Below, one piece after another: positions 46,079-57,952 of a stretch of 64,000 nt of DNA. The notes beneath the pieces are model-generated. The model saw only the letters and a program-made list of their open reading frames with translations, had not been told where the DNA came from and did no database searches. Location: positions 160,001-224,000 of the forward strand of contig CAVYQE010000001.1 of NCBI GenBank assembly GCA_963770565.1, read 5' to 3'. Every line of letters starts with the position of its first letter. The first letter of the stretch is position 1. Position numbers and translations under genes: made by a program. This stretch comes from an uncultured Actinomycetota bacterium. Its GTDB lineage: Bacteria > Actinomycetota > Actinomycetes > JAFAQI01.

Positions 46079-46941
46079 TGGAGGAATCGATCAATGGATA
46101 TACGCTTGCCAACACGATCCGCATGTGGCGCAATCAATACGACGGGTCGTTTTTCCTTGTCGAGGGGACCAGTGATGAGGTGTTCTTCCGATTCATCGTG
46201 GACCACGAAGCGTGCCGGATTCTCATCGGACACGGCAAGCACAATGTCGTTGACGCGATCCGCATCTTGAACGGCGACGGCTTCGACGGTGCGCTCGGTG
46301 TCGTCGATGCCGATTTCGCTCGCATCGAGCGACAGTCCGAACCGGGTGAGAACCTTTTTATGACGGAGCACCACGACTTGGAATGCCTCCTCTGCGCTTC
46401 GCCATCGCTCGACCGAGTCGTCGCGGAATTCGGTTCGGCCGAGCGCGTGGAAGCCTATACGGCAATGCACGGGCCACTGCTGGGAACTGTTCTTGCCCGA
46501 AACGCGATGCCGATCGGCGCGCTTCTTTTCATTTCACTCGGACAGGATCTTGGTTTCGATTTCGAAGATCTGGCGTTTGGGAAGTTCGTCGATCCCGGCA
46601 CGCTGCAAGTCAACGTTCGTGCCATGGTCAAGGTGGTGCTCGACAAAAGCAGGAAACATGACATCGATGCGCAATCGCTCGTGCCCCGAATCGAGGAATG
46701 CTGCCAGGGCGTGAACGATCCTTGGCAGATCTCGCGGGGACACGATATGATTTGCTTGCTGTCGATCGGATTGGAGAAGGCTCTGGGCGCGAAAGCGAGG
46801 CAACGCATCGCGCCGAAGGTCTTGGAACGGGCCTTGCGATTGGCGTATCACGTGGTGGATTTCCGCGATACGACTCTGTATTTGCAAATCGTCGGCTGGG
46901 AATCGCTCCACACGCCGTATAAGATTCTCGGTGAATCCTGA
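46075..46941 (+). CDS. DUF4435 TOPRIM-fold protein (PARIS AriB-like)
   Basis: FLVEGTSD, GVVDADF, HDLE, RGHD motifs; ATGA overlap with the ATPase. Confidence 0.8.
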   Translation: MMEESINGYTLANTIRMWRNQYDGSFFLVEGTSDEVFFRFIVDHEACRILIGHGKHNVVDAIRILNGDGFDGALGVVDADFARIERQSEPGENLFMTEHHDLECLLCASPSLDRVVAEFGSAERVEAYTAMHGPLLGTVLARNAMPIGALLFISLGQDLGFDFEDLAFGKFVDPGTLQVNVRAMVKVVLDKSRKHDIDAQSLVPRIEECCQGVNDPWQISRGHDMICLLSIGLEKALGAKARQRIAPKVLERALRLAYHVVDFRDTTLYLQIVGWESLHTPYKILGES

Positions 46942-46991
46942 GACAGACACGCGGCTATGCCGAATGCCCCCGGGAACGTGTCAACAGATTC

Positions 46992-47041
46992 GTGGGATGG
47001 CTCTCCCGAGCCCTCGCGTCGGCTCGGGAGAGCCGCCCTAC
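46992..47041. repeat. REP doublet of the same family as 847-930
   Basis: gtgggatggctctcccgagcc...ggctcgggagagccgccctac. Confidence 0.7.
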
Positions 47042-47079
47042 AAACAAGTGTTTCGCCGATTACGACTCAAGAGACCGAA

Positions 47080-48454
47080 ATGGGATACATCCTCAACACT
47101 CCTGAAGATCAGCGGGCGATGCTCGCGGCGATCGGGGCCGCGTCGCTGGATGATTTGTTCGCGAAGATTCCCGCCGAATTGCGGCTCGGTCGCGCGCTGA
47201 ACATCCCCCCCGCGCTCTCGGAGATCGAGTTGGCCGCTCACATGAGCGACTTGGCTGCCCAGAATGTGGCGGCGGGGGAGAAGGTCTGCTTTCTCGGCGG
47301 GGGGAGCTACGACCATTTCGTGCCCGCCGTGGTCGATTACGTCGCCTCGCGCGGCGAGTTTTACACGTCGTACACCCCCTATCAGCCGGAAGCCAGCCAG
47401 GGCAACTTGCAGGCCTTCTTCGAGTATCAGACGCTCATCGCCGAGCTGACCGGCATGGACGTCTCGAACGCCAGCCTGTACGACGGCGGCAGCGCGGCGG
47501 CCGAAGCCGTGCTGATGAGCATCTCGACCACCCGGCGGCACGGCCGCGTGGTCGTCGCCGCGCAGCGTCCATCCCGAATACCGCCAGGTGATCGCCACCT
47601 ATCTGGCGAATCTCGGCGTGGAATTGGTCACCGTCGGCACGCCGGAGGGCACCGTCGCCCCCGACGAATTGGCCCGCGCCATCACCGACGACACGGCCTG
47701 CGTGCTCATCCAACAACCCAACTTTTTCGGCTGCCTCGAAGCGGCCGATGCGCTGGCGCAAGCGACCCACGAGCGCGGAGCACTGTTGGTCGTGGCCGTC
47801 GATCCGATCAGCCTCGGCCTGCTCAAGCGGCCGGGAGATTACGGGGCCGACATCGTCGTGGCCGAGGGGCAATCGCTGGGCACGCCGATGCAATTCGGCG
47901 GACCGTACTTGGGCATTATGGCTTGCAGCGAGCAATTCGTCCGCCGCATGCCGGGGCGGATCGCCGGGCAAACGGTCGATCGCCGCGGCAAACGCTGCTG
48001 GGTGCTCACGCTGCAAACCCGCGAGCAGCACATCCGCCGCGAAAAAGCCACCAGCAACGTCTGCACCAATCAGGGCTTGTTCGCGCTGCGTGCCACGGTG
48101 TATTTGGCCGCCCTGGGCCCGCAAGGGATGCGCGAGCTGGCCGAATCGTGCCTGCGCAAAGCCCATTATGCCGCGGGGCAACTCACCCGCGGCCGCCGGT
48201 TCACTATGCCCTTCGATCGGCCGACGTTCAAGGAATTCGTCGTCCGCGACGCGGCCGGCGGGATCGACGAGCTGATCTCGGCCGGGCTCGAGGCGGGCCT
48301 TTTTGTCGGGGTGCCGCTGGAACGCTGGTATCCCGAACTCGCCGATTGCCTGCTCGTTTGCGTGACGGAGAAGCGGACCCGCGCCGAGATCGATGCACTG
48401 GCTGCTTTTGCGGCTCACCATCAACCTCGAATTCGTGCAACAGTGTCAGTTTGA
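47080..48454 (+). CDS. gcvPA: Glycine dehydrogenase subunit 1 (frameshift near 47560)
   Basis: FYTSYTPYQPEASQG, NASLYDG, QTREQHIRREKATSNVCTNQ. Confidence 0.95.
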
Positions 48455-48465
48455 AGGTGGGCGCA

Positions 48466-49285
48466 TGGCACTGGCAAGCGCAGTCTGCCAGTGCCGACCT
48501 GCGCGTTGGGGTGGAACTCCGCTGTCAATGACGCATCGAAAGAGTATTGGCGAGGGATGCTGTCTGCAACTGGGGTCAACTCGGTTTTCGAACCGATACC
48601 GGTGGACTTTGCTTGCCGGGATGGTTGGTGAATTAGGGCGTGAGAAGCGCCGACGACGCCACTGGCAGACTGCGCTTGCCAGTGGCACGCGAGGTTGGTT
48701 GGTGAGTTTAGGGCTTGAGAAGTGCCGAGGACGCCACTGGCAGACTGCGCTTGCCAGTGGCACACGGGGTTGGTTAGTGAGTTAGGGCTTGAGAAGTGCC
48801 GAGGACGCCACTGGCAGACTGCGCTTGCCAGTGGCACGCGAGGTTGGTCGGTGAGTTAGGGCTCGAGAAGTGCCGAGGACGCCACTGGCAGACTGCGCTT
48901 GCCAGTGGCACACGAGGTTGGTTGGTGAGTTTAGGGCTTGAGAAGTGCCGAGGACGCCACTGGCAGACTGCGCTTGCCAGTGGCACACGAAGTTGGTCGG
49001 TGAGTTAGGGCTTGAGAAGTGCCGAGGACGCCACTGGCAGACTGCGCTTGCCAGTGGCACACGAAGTTGGTCGGTGAGTTAGGGCTCGAGAAGTGCCGAG
49101 GACGCCACTGGCAGACTGCGCTTGCCAGTGGCACACGAAGTTGGTCGGTGAGTTTAGGGCTTGAGAAGTGCCGAGGACGCCACTGGCAGACTGCGCTTGC
49201 CAGTGGCACACGAGGTTGGTTGGTGAGTTGGGGCTTGAGAAGTGCCGAGGACGCCACTGGCAGGCTGCGCTTGCCAGTGGCACAC
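48466..49285. repeat. REP array: nine tandem 74-75 bp units plus one inverted REP
   Basis: cactggcagactgcgcttgccagtg at 48660, 48735, 48809, 48883, 48958, 49032, 49106, 49181, 49255; inverted copy at about 48466-48495. Confidence 0.92.
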
Positions 49286-49320
49286 GACCCGATTGTTGCA
49301 TGCCAAGGGATCTATGAATT

Positions 49321-50788
49321 ATGCGTAACACCCGCGCGACGCAACTGCTGTTCGAACTTTCCAAACCGGGCCGCCGGGCGATGCGGATTCCCGCGAGCGA
49401 CGTCCCCGACGTGCCGCTCGACGCGCTGCTTCCCGCGGCGCACCGCGCGAAGACGCTCCCGCCGCTGCCGGAACTCGCCGAGCCGGATATCGTGCGGCAT
49501 TTCACCAATCTCTCGACGCAGAACATGTCGGTGGATACCCACTTCTATCCGCTCGGCTCCTGCACGATGAAGTACAATCCCAAGCGGAACGAGCGGTGCC
49601 GCGGCTCGCCGGGCATCGCCGATCTGCATCCCTATCAGCCCGAGGAGACGCTGCAAGGGATGCTGCAACTGCTGTTCGAAATGCAGCAGATTCTCATCGA
49701 GATTTCGGGCCTCGACGCCGCTTCGCTTCAGCCGGCCGCCGGGGCGCACGGCGAATTGACGGCCCTGATGGTCGCCGCGGCCTATTTCCGCGATCGGGGA
49801 GAGCGGCGCACCAAGGTGCTCGCTCCCGACAGCGCTCACGGCACCAATCCGGCCAGCGCCGCCATGGCCGGCTTCGACGCGGTCACCGTGAAGAGCAATC
49901 CGCAAGGGCAGGTCGATCTCGACGACCTGCGCGGCGAAGCTCGACGAGCAAGTGGCCGTGTTCATGATCACCAATCCCAACACGCTCGGGATGTTCGAGC
50001 GGCAAGTGCGGCAGATCGCCGACAAGGTGCATGCCCAGGCGGCGCTGATCTATCTCGACGGAGCCAACATGAACGCCATTCTGGGGATCACGCGCCCGGG
50101 CGATTTCGGCGCCGACATGATGCACTTCAATCCGCACAAGACGTTCAGTGGCCCACACGGCGGCGGCGGGCCGGGAGCGGGGCCGATCACAGTGCGGAGC
50201 CGGCTCGAGCCCTATCTGCCGTCGCCCATCGTCGAGCGCGTCGGCGAGCGTTACCGGCTGGCTTACGACCGGCCGAAGTCGATCGGCCAGGTGCGGAGCT
50301 TTTTCGGCAACGTCGGCGTGTTGGTGCGGGCCTATTGCTACATTCGCACCTACGGACCGGCCGGGTTGAAGAGCGTGGCGGAAAACGCCGTGCTCAACGC
50401 CAATTATCTGTTGAGCCGCGTGAAGCACATTTTGCCCGTGCCGCACGGAGATCGCTGCCTGCACGAATTCGTCGCCACCGCGGCGAAGCTCAAGGCCGAG
50501 CGCGGCGTCTCGGCGATGGATTTGGCCAAGCGGCTGTTGGACTACGGCTTCCACGCCCCAACGGTTTACTTTCCGCTCACGGTCAAAGAGTCGCTGATGA
50601 TCGAGCCGACGGAGACGGAAAGCAAGGAGACGCTCGACGCCTTCGCCGAAACATTGTTTCGCATCACCGAGGAATCGCCCGAGCTGCTGCACGAGGCGCC
50701 GCACACCACGCCGATCAGCCGTCCGGACGAAGTGCTCGCCGCGCGGCAACCGGTGCTGACTTGGTTGCGCGCGGGGCAACAGAAGTAG
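49321..50788 (+). CDS. gcvPB: Glycine dehydrogenase subunit 2 (frameshift near 49935)
   Basis: YPLGSCTMKYNP, SAHGTNPAS, HFNPHKTFSGPHGGGGPG, MIEPTETESK. Confidence 0.95.
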
Positions 50789-50841
50789 CAGACCTAGTCG
50801 ATCTCCCGCGCCAGACGACGAGAATCCGCGCTGCGCTCACC

Positions 50842-51614
50842 ATGCCCTCTTTCCCTCCACTGGCCTGCCGCCGCTTGATTCATGGTCCCGCCGAGGGCAC
50901 CTGGAACATGGCTTGCGACGAAGCGCTGACTCGAATCGGCGGCCCACGACGGCGTCGCGACGCTACGGCTCTACGAATGGTCGGCGCCGACTTTGTCGCT
51001 GGGTTATTTTCAAGCGGCCGCCGACCGCCGGCGGCATCCGGCGAGTCTCGCTTGCCCGCTGGTCCGCCGAGCGAGCGGCGGCGGGGCGATTGTTCACGAC
51101 CGCGAGTTGACCTACAGCTTGGCGATCCCGAGCGACCAGCCGTGGGCCCGCGACGCCCGGCAGCTCTACTTCGCTACCCACGAAGCGCTGGCCGCGGCGC
51201 TCGGGGCTCTGGCCGTCGCCGCGCAGCTTCACCGCGCGCGGCGCCGCTGCCGACGACGACCGCATCCGCCGCGGAAGCCCCCTTTCTCTGCTTTCAGCGC
51301 CGCGCGCCCGGCGACCTGCTGATCGGCGATCGCAAAATCGCCGGCAGCGCTCAGCGCCGCGCGCGGGGGCAATCCTCCAGCACGGAAGCATCCTGCTCGC
51401 TCGATCGCGCGGTGCGCCGGAACTGCCGGGAATTGCCGAATTGTCCGGCCGGCAGATCGAATCTCGCGCGCTCGGCGCATTGTTGCTGACGGCTCTGGGC
51501 GAGCGCTTGAATCTGCAATGGGCCGGCACGGGGGACGAAGCCGTTCTCGCGCCGCGGATCGCGACGATCGCCCGCGAAAAGTACGCCGCGGCGGCTTGGA
51601 CTCGGCGGCGCTGA
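50842..51614 (+). CDS. Lipoate-protein ligase A family protein (frameshifted)
   Basis: NMACDEAL, LSLGYFQ, VRRASGGGAIVHDRELTYS, KIAGSAQRR, LQHGSI. Confidence 0.88.
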
Positions 51615-51616
51615 CT

Positions 51617-51775
51617 CCCGGCCACGGCGAGCGGGAGCTTCGCCGCGAAAGGGGTCGCGAGTCGATTTCGCCGACCAAGCGATCTGAAATGTGAACCGGC
51701 ATCATGGCGAAATCGACTCCCGACCCCATTTGGCAACGCCGGCCGGAAGATAAGCCGGTTCTCGGACAGCTACCT
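51617..51775. mobile_element. MITE family 2 copy between convergent lipoate ligase and jetD
   Basis: Core hairpin plus ggttctcggacag end. Confidence 0.7.
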
Positions 51776-51792
51776 ACAGGTTTTGCAGGGCC

Positions 51793-52954
51793 TTATTGGA
51801 CCCGAGCCGCCGCCAGCGCCGCCAAGACGTCCCGCTGCGGCAGGCGCTCTTGCTCCAAGCGGAGCCGCTCGTCGCGGCAGCGCACGAAGGCGGCCCGCTC
51901 GCCGGCCGTGAGGTGCGGCGGCGGCGGACCGGTGAAGGAGTTGCCCGGGCCGGCGAGCGGCTCGAATTGCCGGAGCGTTTCCTCGTCCATCAGCAGGCTC
52001 CGGGCGTGAGGAAAGATGGCGCGAAAGTTCGACAGGATCAGCAACCCCTCCACGTCGAGATCGCCCCAATAGGTCAGCCGATTGTCGTCCAGCCAGCCGA
52101 TCGCCTGGAATTCGACGGCCGCGCTACCCCACGCCCCCCAGCGCAATTGCCCGCGGCACCCCAGGCAGCGTGAGCAGATTCACCTTGTTCTCGACGAGGA
52201 ACACCTGAGCGTCATGCACGGCCAAGGCCGCAAGCGCCGTGAGCGGCAGCGAAAGTTCCGCGAAAGGGGAGCCGCAGTTCGTCTTGCAGCTCCGGATCGA
52301 GCCAGCGGACGAGGAACTGCGGCTCGGCGTACCGCAACCCGTAGCGGCGCTCGAAATGCGTCTCTGCGGCCCGGATCGTGTGCGGCGGCAGCACCAAATC
52401 GAACCAGGCTCGCAGCACCCCCTGATGCCGCTCGATGAACTTCGTATCGACCGCCAGCGGCAATTCGCGGGCGAACAGCCCCGGCCGCGGATGGCGCGAC
52501 GAAATGCCGCAGCACCTCGATGAGTCCGTCGATCGCGGGGGCCGACTCGATCAGCGCGCGGCTGTTCGAGCGAATCCAATCGTCGAGAATCGGAAACTCC
52601 GTCCGCAATCGCTCGACGGCCGCGGCGAACCGCTCGAATTCGCGCTGCCGGCCGATCAGCCGCAGCAGGTCGTCGCGCGTTTCGAACAGAATCCGCTCGG
52701 GAAAGAGATTCCGGCCGTAGCCGGCGCGATTTCACCTCGCGCCACGCGACCGTATAACCGAAGCCGCGCTCGGCCTTCGAGCCTTCCCGCAGCAGCCGAA
52801 CGGCTTGGATCGCGGCGGCGAGATCGTCGGCGGCCAATCGCTTTTCGGCGGGCACCAGGTGCGGGAAAAACGTCTCGTTCCCCGCCAGCCAGGCCTGCAG
52901 CGCGTCGGGATAAAGCCGCTGGGCCTTCGCGCGGATTTCGTCGGGAGTGATCAT
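51793..52954 (-). CDS. jetD: Wadjet JetD (DUF3322 + DUF2220 TOPRIM nuclease; frameshifted)
   Basis: MITPDEIRAK, VDTKFIE, FLVENKVN, YWGDLDVEG, LLMD, RLEQE. Confidence 0.88.
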
Positions 52955-55900
52955 CGGCGGCAGGCTTCAGCGGCGGCGCGCCGCGCCGCGCGCGGCGATG
53001 GCAGCGCGGCGCGTGAACCGGCGGCGAATCTTGCGACGGTTCCAGCGCGACTTGCTGCTCGAATTCGCGGGCCGTCATGCTCAACACCTCCGAGCAGTTC
53101 GTGTCGGCGTTCTTGACCACGTGCAGATAGCAGCCGACGTACGGCTCGGTGACGCGGGCTTTGGCGTCCAAGGGCGCGACGATCAACAGTTGCAAGCCGA
53201 ACTTCTCGAAAAGCTGCAGCGCATATTCCGAATACTGATCGTCCACCTTGGAAAACATCTCGTCGACCACGACGAAATGGAAGCGGTCGCTCCGCGGCCG
53301 GCCCGGATCGAGATCGTACTGATAGGCGATCGCCGCCACGAGGATCGTGAAGGCCAGCTTGGCCTTCTCGCCGCCCGATTGACCCGTGCTGTCTTCATAA
53401 TACCGCAACTCCTTGTCGGTCGCGTCGTCGAATTCGCGGGCGGCGAAGTCGAACCAGCGGCGGACGTCGGTCACTTTGTTCCGCCACCGCTCTTCGTCGC
53501 GGAGCCGGGCGATCAGCTTCTCGATTTGCAGGAAGCGGGCTTCGTCGGCCTCGGGCGTGCCCTCGAACGTGCCGGCCAGGCATTGCGCGAGCGCCTCGCG
53601 GAAATCGCCGATCTCGCGATCGCGGACGGCCTTGGCCTCGAGCCGCATGTGCGTGCCGTCGCGATAGGCGAGTTGCTGAGCGACGATTGAGCAATTCGAT
53701 CCGGTCTTCGATGGCCGACCGCTCGGTCTGCAGGGCGCCGTTCAAGAGGCCGATCTCGTGCGTCACTTTTTCGTTGAGCCGGTCCTTGAACCGCTGCTCG
53801 TGCCGCGGCAGGTCTTCCTCGCGGATTTGATCCAGCAGGCCCAGAAAACTATCGACGATAGCGGACCGAGGGCTGCAAATCGGCCCGCTCATCGGGGAAT
53901 TTCGAGAGAAACCGGCCCATCGCCGCGGTGAGTTCGATTCTTGCGCGGGACGCAGTTGATGTAGCAGCCGATCGCGCTGTTCGCCGAGCGCCTTGGCAAA
54001 CGCCGCGCTCCCGTTCGGCAAGTGCGGCGGCGGCTGAGCGGCTTGCTCGCGCAGGCGGGCCTCGATCGCCGGGAAACCGTAGCGTGAGCCGCTCGAGTTC
54101 GTCGGCCTTGTGCCGGCGATCGAGTTCCTTGCGGGCATTGGCGATCAGCCGCTCGGCGTCGGCGACGTTGCGCTCCAAATCGGCCGATCGTGCTTGACCG
54201 CTTGTCGCGCTCGCCTTCGAACGCCTGTTCGCGGGCTTGCTCTTCGGCCAGCCGCTGCTTGAGCAGCCGGATGGCGTCGCTTTGCTCTTCGAGCATTTGC
54301 CGCTCTTGCACGAGCCGGGCGATCTCCTGTTCGTGCGCGCGCGAAGTCGATGGCCGCGAAATCGCCGAATTGCCGAGCTTGCTCGATCGCCGTCTTGCCG
54401 GCCGCGGAGGACGGCGAGCTTCGATTCGAGGCCGTCGATGCGCCGATTCAGCCGCGCGAGCGATTCCGCAAGCGTAGCGATCCGCTCGGCCAAGTGGCGG
54501 CGCTTTTCGCGATTGTCCCAACCGAGCACGAAATGCCGCGGGTCGACGGTCCGCTCGCGATCGTCCTTTTCGTGCCGCAGACCGCGCATCTTCACATGCC
54601 GTTCGGGCGGTCAACGCGCGCAGCGGCGACTGCTGCGAAATTCCTCGATCGTGTCGCAGCAGCGAAAGTCGAATCGCTCGGCCAATTCCGCTTGAACCCA
54701 GGGCAACAGCGCATGGCCCGCGCGGAAATCGAGCTTGCGGAGCAGCGATTGGGGATGCAATCCGGCTGCGGGGGTTTCGTCGCCGCGGGTGTCGATTTTC
54801 AAGATACACGAATTTTTGGCCGCGGTTTTGCGCGTCGGCCAGCCGCGTCCGATCGACGTAGCCGCTCACCAGGGCGTAAAATCTCGGCGGCACGAGCAGG
54901 CTCAGCGCGAATCCCCGCAGCACCATTTCCAGCGACGGCTCCCAGCGACGCTCGGCGGGCTTGACGGCAATCAGTTCCGCGGCAAACGGCAGATCCTTTT
55001 CCGAGAGCCGCAATTCCTCGCACAACCGCCGCCGCGTTTGCGCCAGGGCCTCGGGCAGATTCCCCTGCCGCTGCTTGAGAGCCGCGAGTTCGGCTTCGTC
55101 CTCGCGCAGCTCCTTGACGACCGTGCCGCGCTCGAAGATCAGCTCGTTCCGCCGCGGCTCTCCCGCGGCCAATTCCTGCTCGATGTCCTTGACGAGCGGC
55201 GGCAGTTGCGCCGAACCGCGGCGAATCGCTCGGGCGTCGCCGCGCGGTCGCGGATTCCGGCGGCCTCGAGCGCGGCGTGAAAGCGGCGATCGGCGTCGCG
55301 CTTGGCGGCAAGATACGATTCTTCCAGCCGGATCAAGCCGGGGATTTCGCGGAGCCGCGCGCCCCCCTGCTGCTCGATTTCGTTTTGCAGCTTGCGCTGC
55401 GGCGTCGCGGGCGGCGGCGAGATCCTGCTCCAAGCCGCTGCTTCGACTTCCTCCGCGCGGGATTTTTCCGCCAGCCACTCGTCGCGGGCCGGCTCGAACA
55501 GATCGATCGTGCGTTGGCGGAAGAAGGGCCCGGCCGCTTCGAGGAGTTGCTCGGCCTCGTCGAGCGCCGCGGCTTTTTCGCGATAGGCGGCGCCATGCAT
55601 GGCGATCGGTTGCAACAGCTCGAATTGCTTTCGCACGCGGACGAGGCTCTGATGGGCGGCGCTCAATTCGCTGAAATGGGTCAACAGGTTTTGGACCCGC
55701 TCGCCCCAGGGCCTGTTCTCGAGCATGTGCTCGCGAATGAAATCGTTGAGCCGCTGAATGTCCTTGACGGCCACGGTCTGGTTGAACATGTCCATCGCCT
55801 TGGGCTGCACGCCGGTCAGCTTGCGAAACCATTCGTGGAACTCGCTGTACGTGGTCGTCACCCGAAAGCCGCGCCGCTCCATCGCCGGCTTGAGCCGGTC

Positions 55901-56427
55901 CATGCCGGTGAGCCGCGAGCAATCGGCGGCGATCGACCGCTCGTCGCCGGCGAGGCAATAAACCTTCTTGCTCTGGCCGTCGGAGTCGATGTAGAGGATT
56001 TGGGCGATCGGTGAATACGCGGTCGGCCGCGACGTTGCGAAAGCAGGCCAGCAGCGCGGAATAATGGGCATGGCCGGGGCGGAGGAATTGCATGTCGGCC
56101 CGCTCGGCGTCGTCGCGGCTGAAGCGGCCGAAGGCCCCTTTGATGTAGGTCCGCTCGTCGCGCTCGCGCTTGCCGGCCCCGGCGGCAACGTTGTAGTTCC
56201 GCACGGCCGGGCGGACGAGCAAGCGTGAGCAGGGCGTCGACGAGCGTCGATTTCCCCGAGCCGTTCTGCCCGATCAACAGGGCCGTTTGCCCCTCGGGGC
56301 GGATCGTGTAGACGCGGCCGCGGGTGGCGTCGCCGGCGCTGTCGAAGGTGCCCCAGTTGTAGACCTCCAGCTTATGGAGGCGGAAGCCGGGCCGGGCCGA
56401 GCCGTTGGTTTCGAATAGCCTCAGCAC
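52951..56427 (-). CDS. jetC: Wadjet JetC SMC-like ATPase (multiple frameshifts)
   Basis: GFRLHKLEVYNWGTFD, IGQNGSGKSTLVDA, coiled coils, GQSGGEKAKLAFTIL, FVVVDEMF. Confidence 0.9.
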
Positions 56428-57075
56428 ATGCGATTCCCCCTGTTGCCGATTCCGGGTCGGTGCTGCGTCCGCGGCCTCGGCGACGAGCCGTGCGCGAAGC
56501 GTTTCCAATTCTTCGGCCGGACACGCGGGCTTTCAGGATGCGGCGAATCTCCCATTCCTCCGGCTCGGCCGTGATCTGGCGGATGAACTTCAGCTCGACC
56601 AGCGAGCGAATCGCCGCGTCGAACTGCTTCTTCAGCCGCACCTCGTCTTGCTCCGGCGGAAAGAAGGGCCGCCATTGCTCGAACAAGACCCGCCGCCGTC
56701 GACCACGCACCGCTCGTTTTGCACCTCTTCCTCCTCGAACCGCCGCAATTCCTCGCGCAGCAGCACGCAGAGCAGCGTCGCCCCGTAGCTCAGCCGGCTC
56801 TTGTGAAACAGCTTGGGAAGCCGGTCGTATCCCTCGGGCAATTCGTCATCGGCAAGCTGCCGCAAATAGGCCAAGCCCTCCGGCTCATCGACGACCAGCA
56901 GCAAGCCGAGCCGGGCGAAATGGCTCTCCAGCGGCGAGATATGGCCGAGCACGATGTCCCAAACTTTGGCGTCGTCGGAATAAACCACCCCTTGCAATAA
57001 ATGCACGGCGGCAATGCTCCAATCCTGAAACGGCGGCAATGCGGCGGGTTGCGAGTTGATTATTGATGACATCAT
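56421..57075 (-). CDS. jetB: Wadjet JetB (DUF4194; frameshifted)
   Basis: HLLQGVVY, LVVDEPEGLAYLRQ, RLSYGATLLCVLLRE, EIRRILKA. Confidence 0.88.
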
Positions 57076-57086
57076 CGTGAATCCCA

Positions 57087-57937
57087 GTTGTGGATCAATC
57101 AGGTTTTGGATCGGTCTCCCGACCCAGGTTGTGGATCGGTCTCCCGACCGTTCCACACACCCGACCGTAGGTCTCCAGAAGCGGCCGTTGCGAGCCGCCT
57201 TCGGGAGACCTGCGGTCGAGCAAATGGCATGGTCGGGAGACCATGCCATAACGAGGGAGACCATGCCATAACGAGGGAGACCATGCCATAACGAGCAGCG
57301 TTGTGGATCGGTCTCCCGACCGTTCCACCCCCACACACTCGACCGTAGGTCTCCAGAAGCGGCCGTTGCGAGCCGCCCACGGGAGACCTGCGGTCGAACG
57401 AATGGCATGGTCGGGAGACCATGCCATAACGAAGTCCACGTTGTGGATCGGTCTCCCGACCGTTCCACACACTCGACCGTAGGTCTCCAGAAGCGGCCGT
57501 TGCGAGCCGCCCCCGGGAGACCTGCGGTCGAACGAATGGCATGGTCGGGAGACCATGCCATAACGAAGTCCACGTTGTGGATCGGTCTCCCGACCGTTCC
57601 ACACACCCGACCGTAGGTCTCCAGAAGCGGCCGTTGCGAGCCGCCTTCGGGAGACCTGCGGTCGAGCAAATGGCATGGTCGGGAGACCATGCCATAACGA
57701 GGGAGACCATGCCATAACGAAGTCCACGTTGTGGATCGGTCTCCCGACCGTTCCACACACCCGACCGTAGGTCTCCAGAAGCGGCGATTGCCAGCCGCGC
57801 CGGGAGACCTGCGGTCGAACGAATGGCATGGTCGGGAGACCATGCCATAACGAGAGGCATGGTCGGGAGACCATGCCATAACGAGAGTCGGGAGACCATG
57901 CCATAACGATGACCATGCCATAACCATGCCATAACGA
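57087..57937. repeat. Array of five nested-hairpin units (134-172 bp) with variable 20-bp subrepeats
   Basis: gttgtggatcggtctcccgacc at 57128, 57300, 57440, 57574, 57728; gggagaccatgccataacga repeated 1-3 times per unit. Confidence 0.92.
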
Positions 57938-57952
57938 TCACACAATCGTGAA

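Noticed and set aside
48640-49285. CRISPR array
   Set aside because: The period is CRISPR-like, but intervening sequences are nearly identical rather than unique spacers, and there are no cas genes.
57087-57937. CRISPR array or genuine repeat protein
   Set aside because: No unique spacers; the units are DNA palindromes and the translations are repetitive in several frames.
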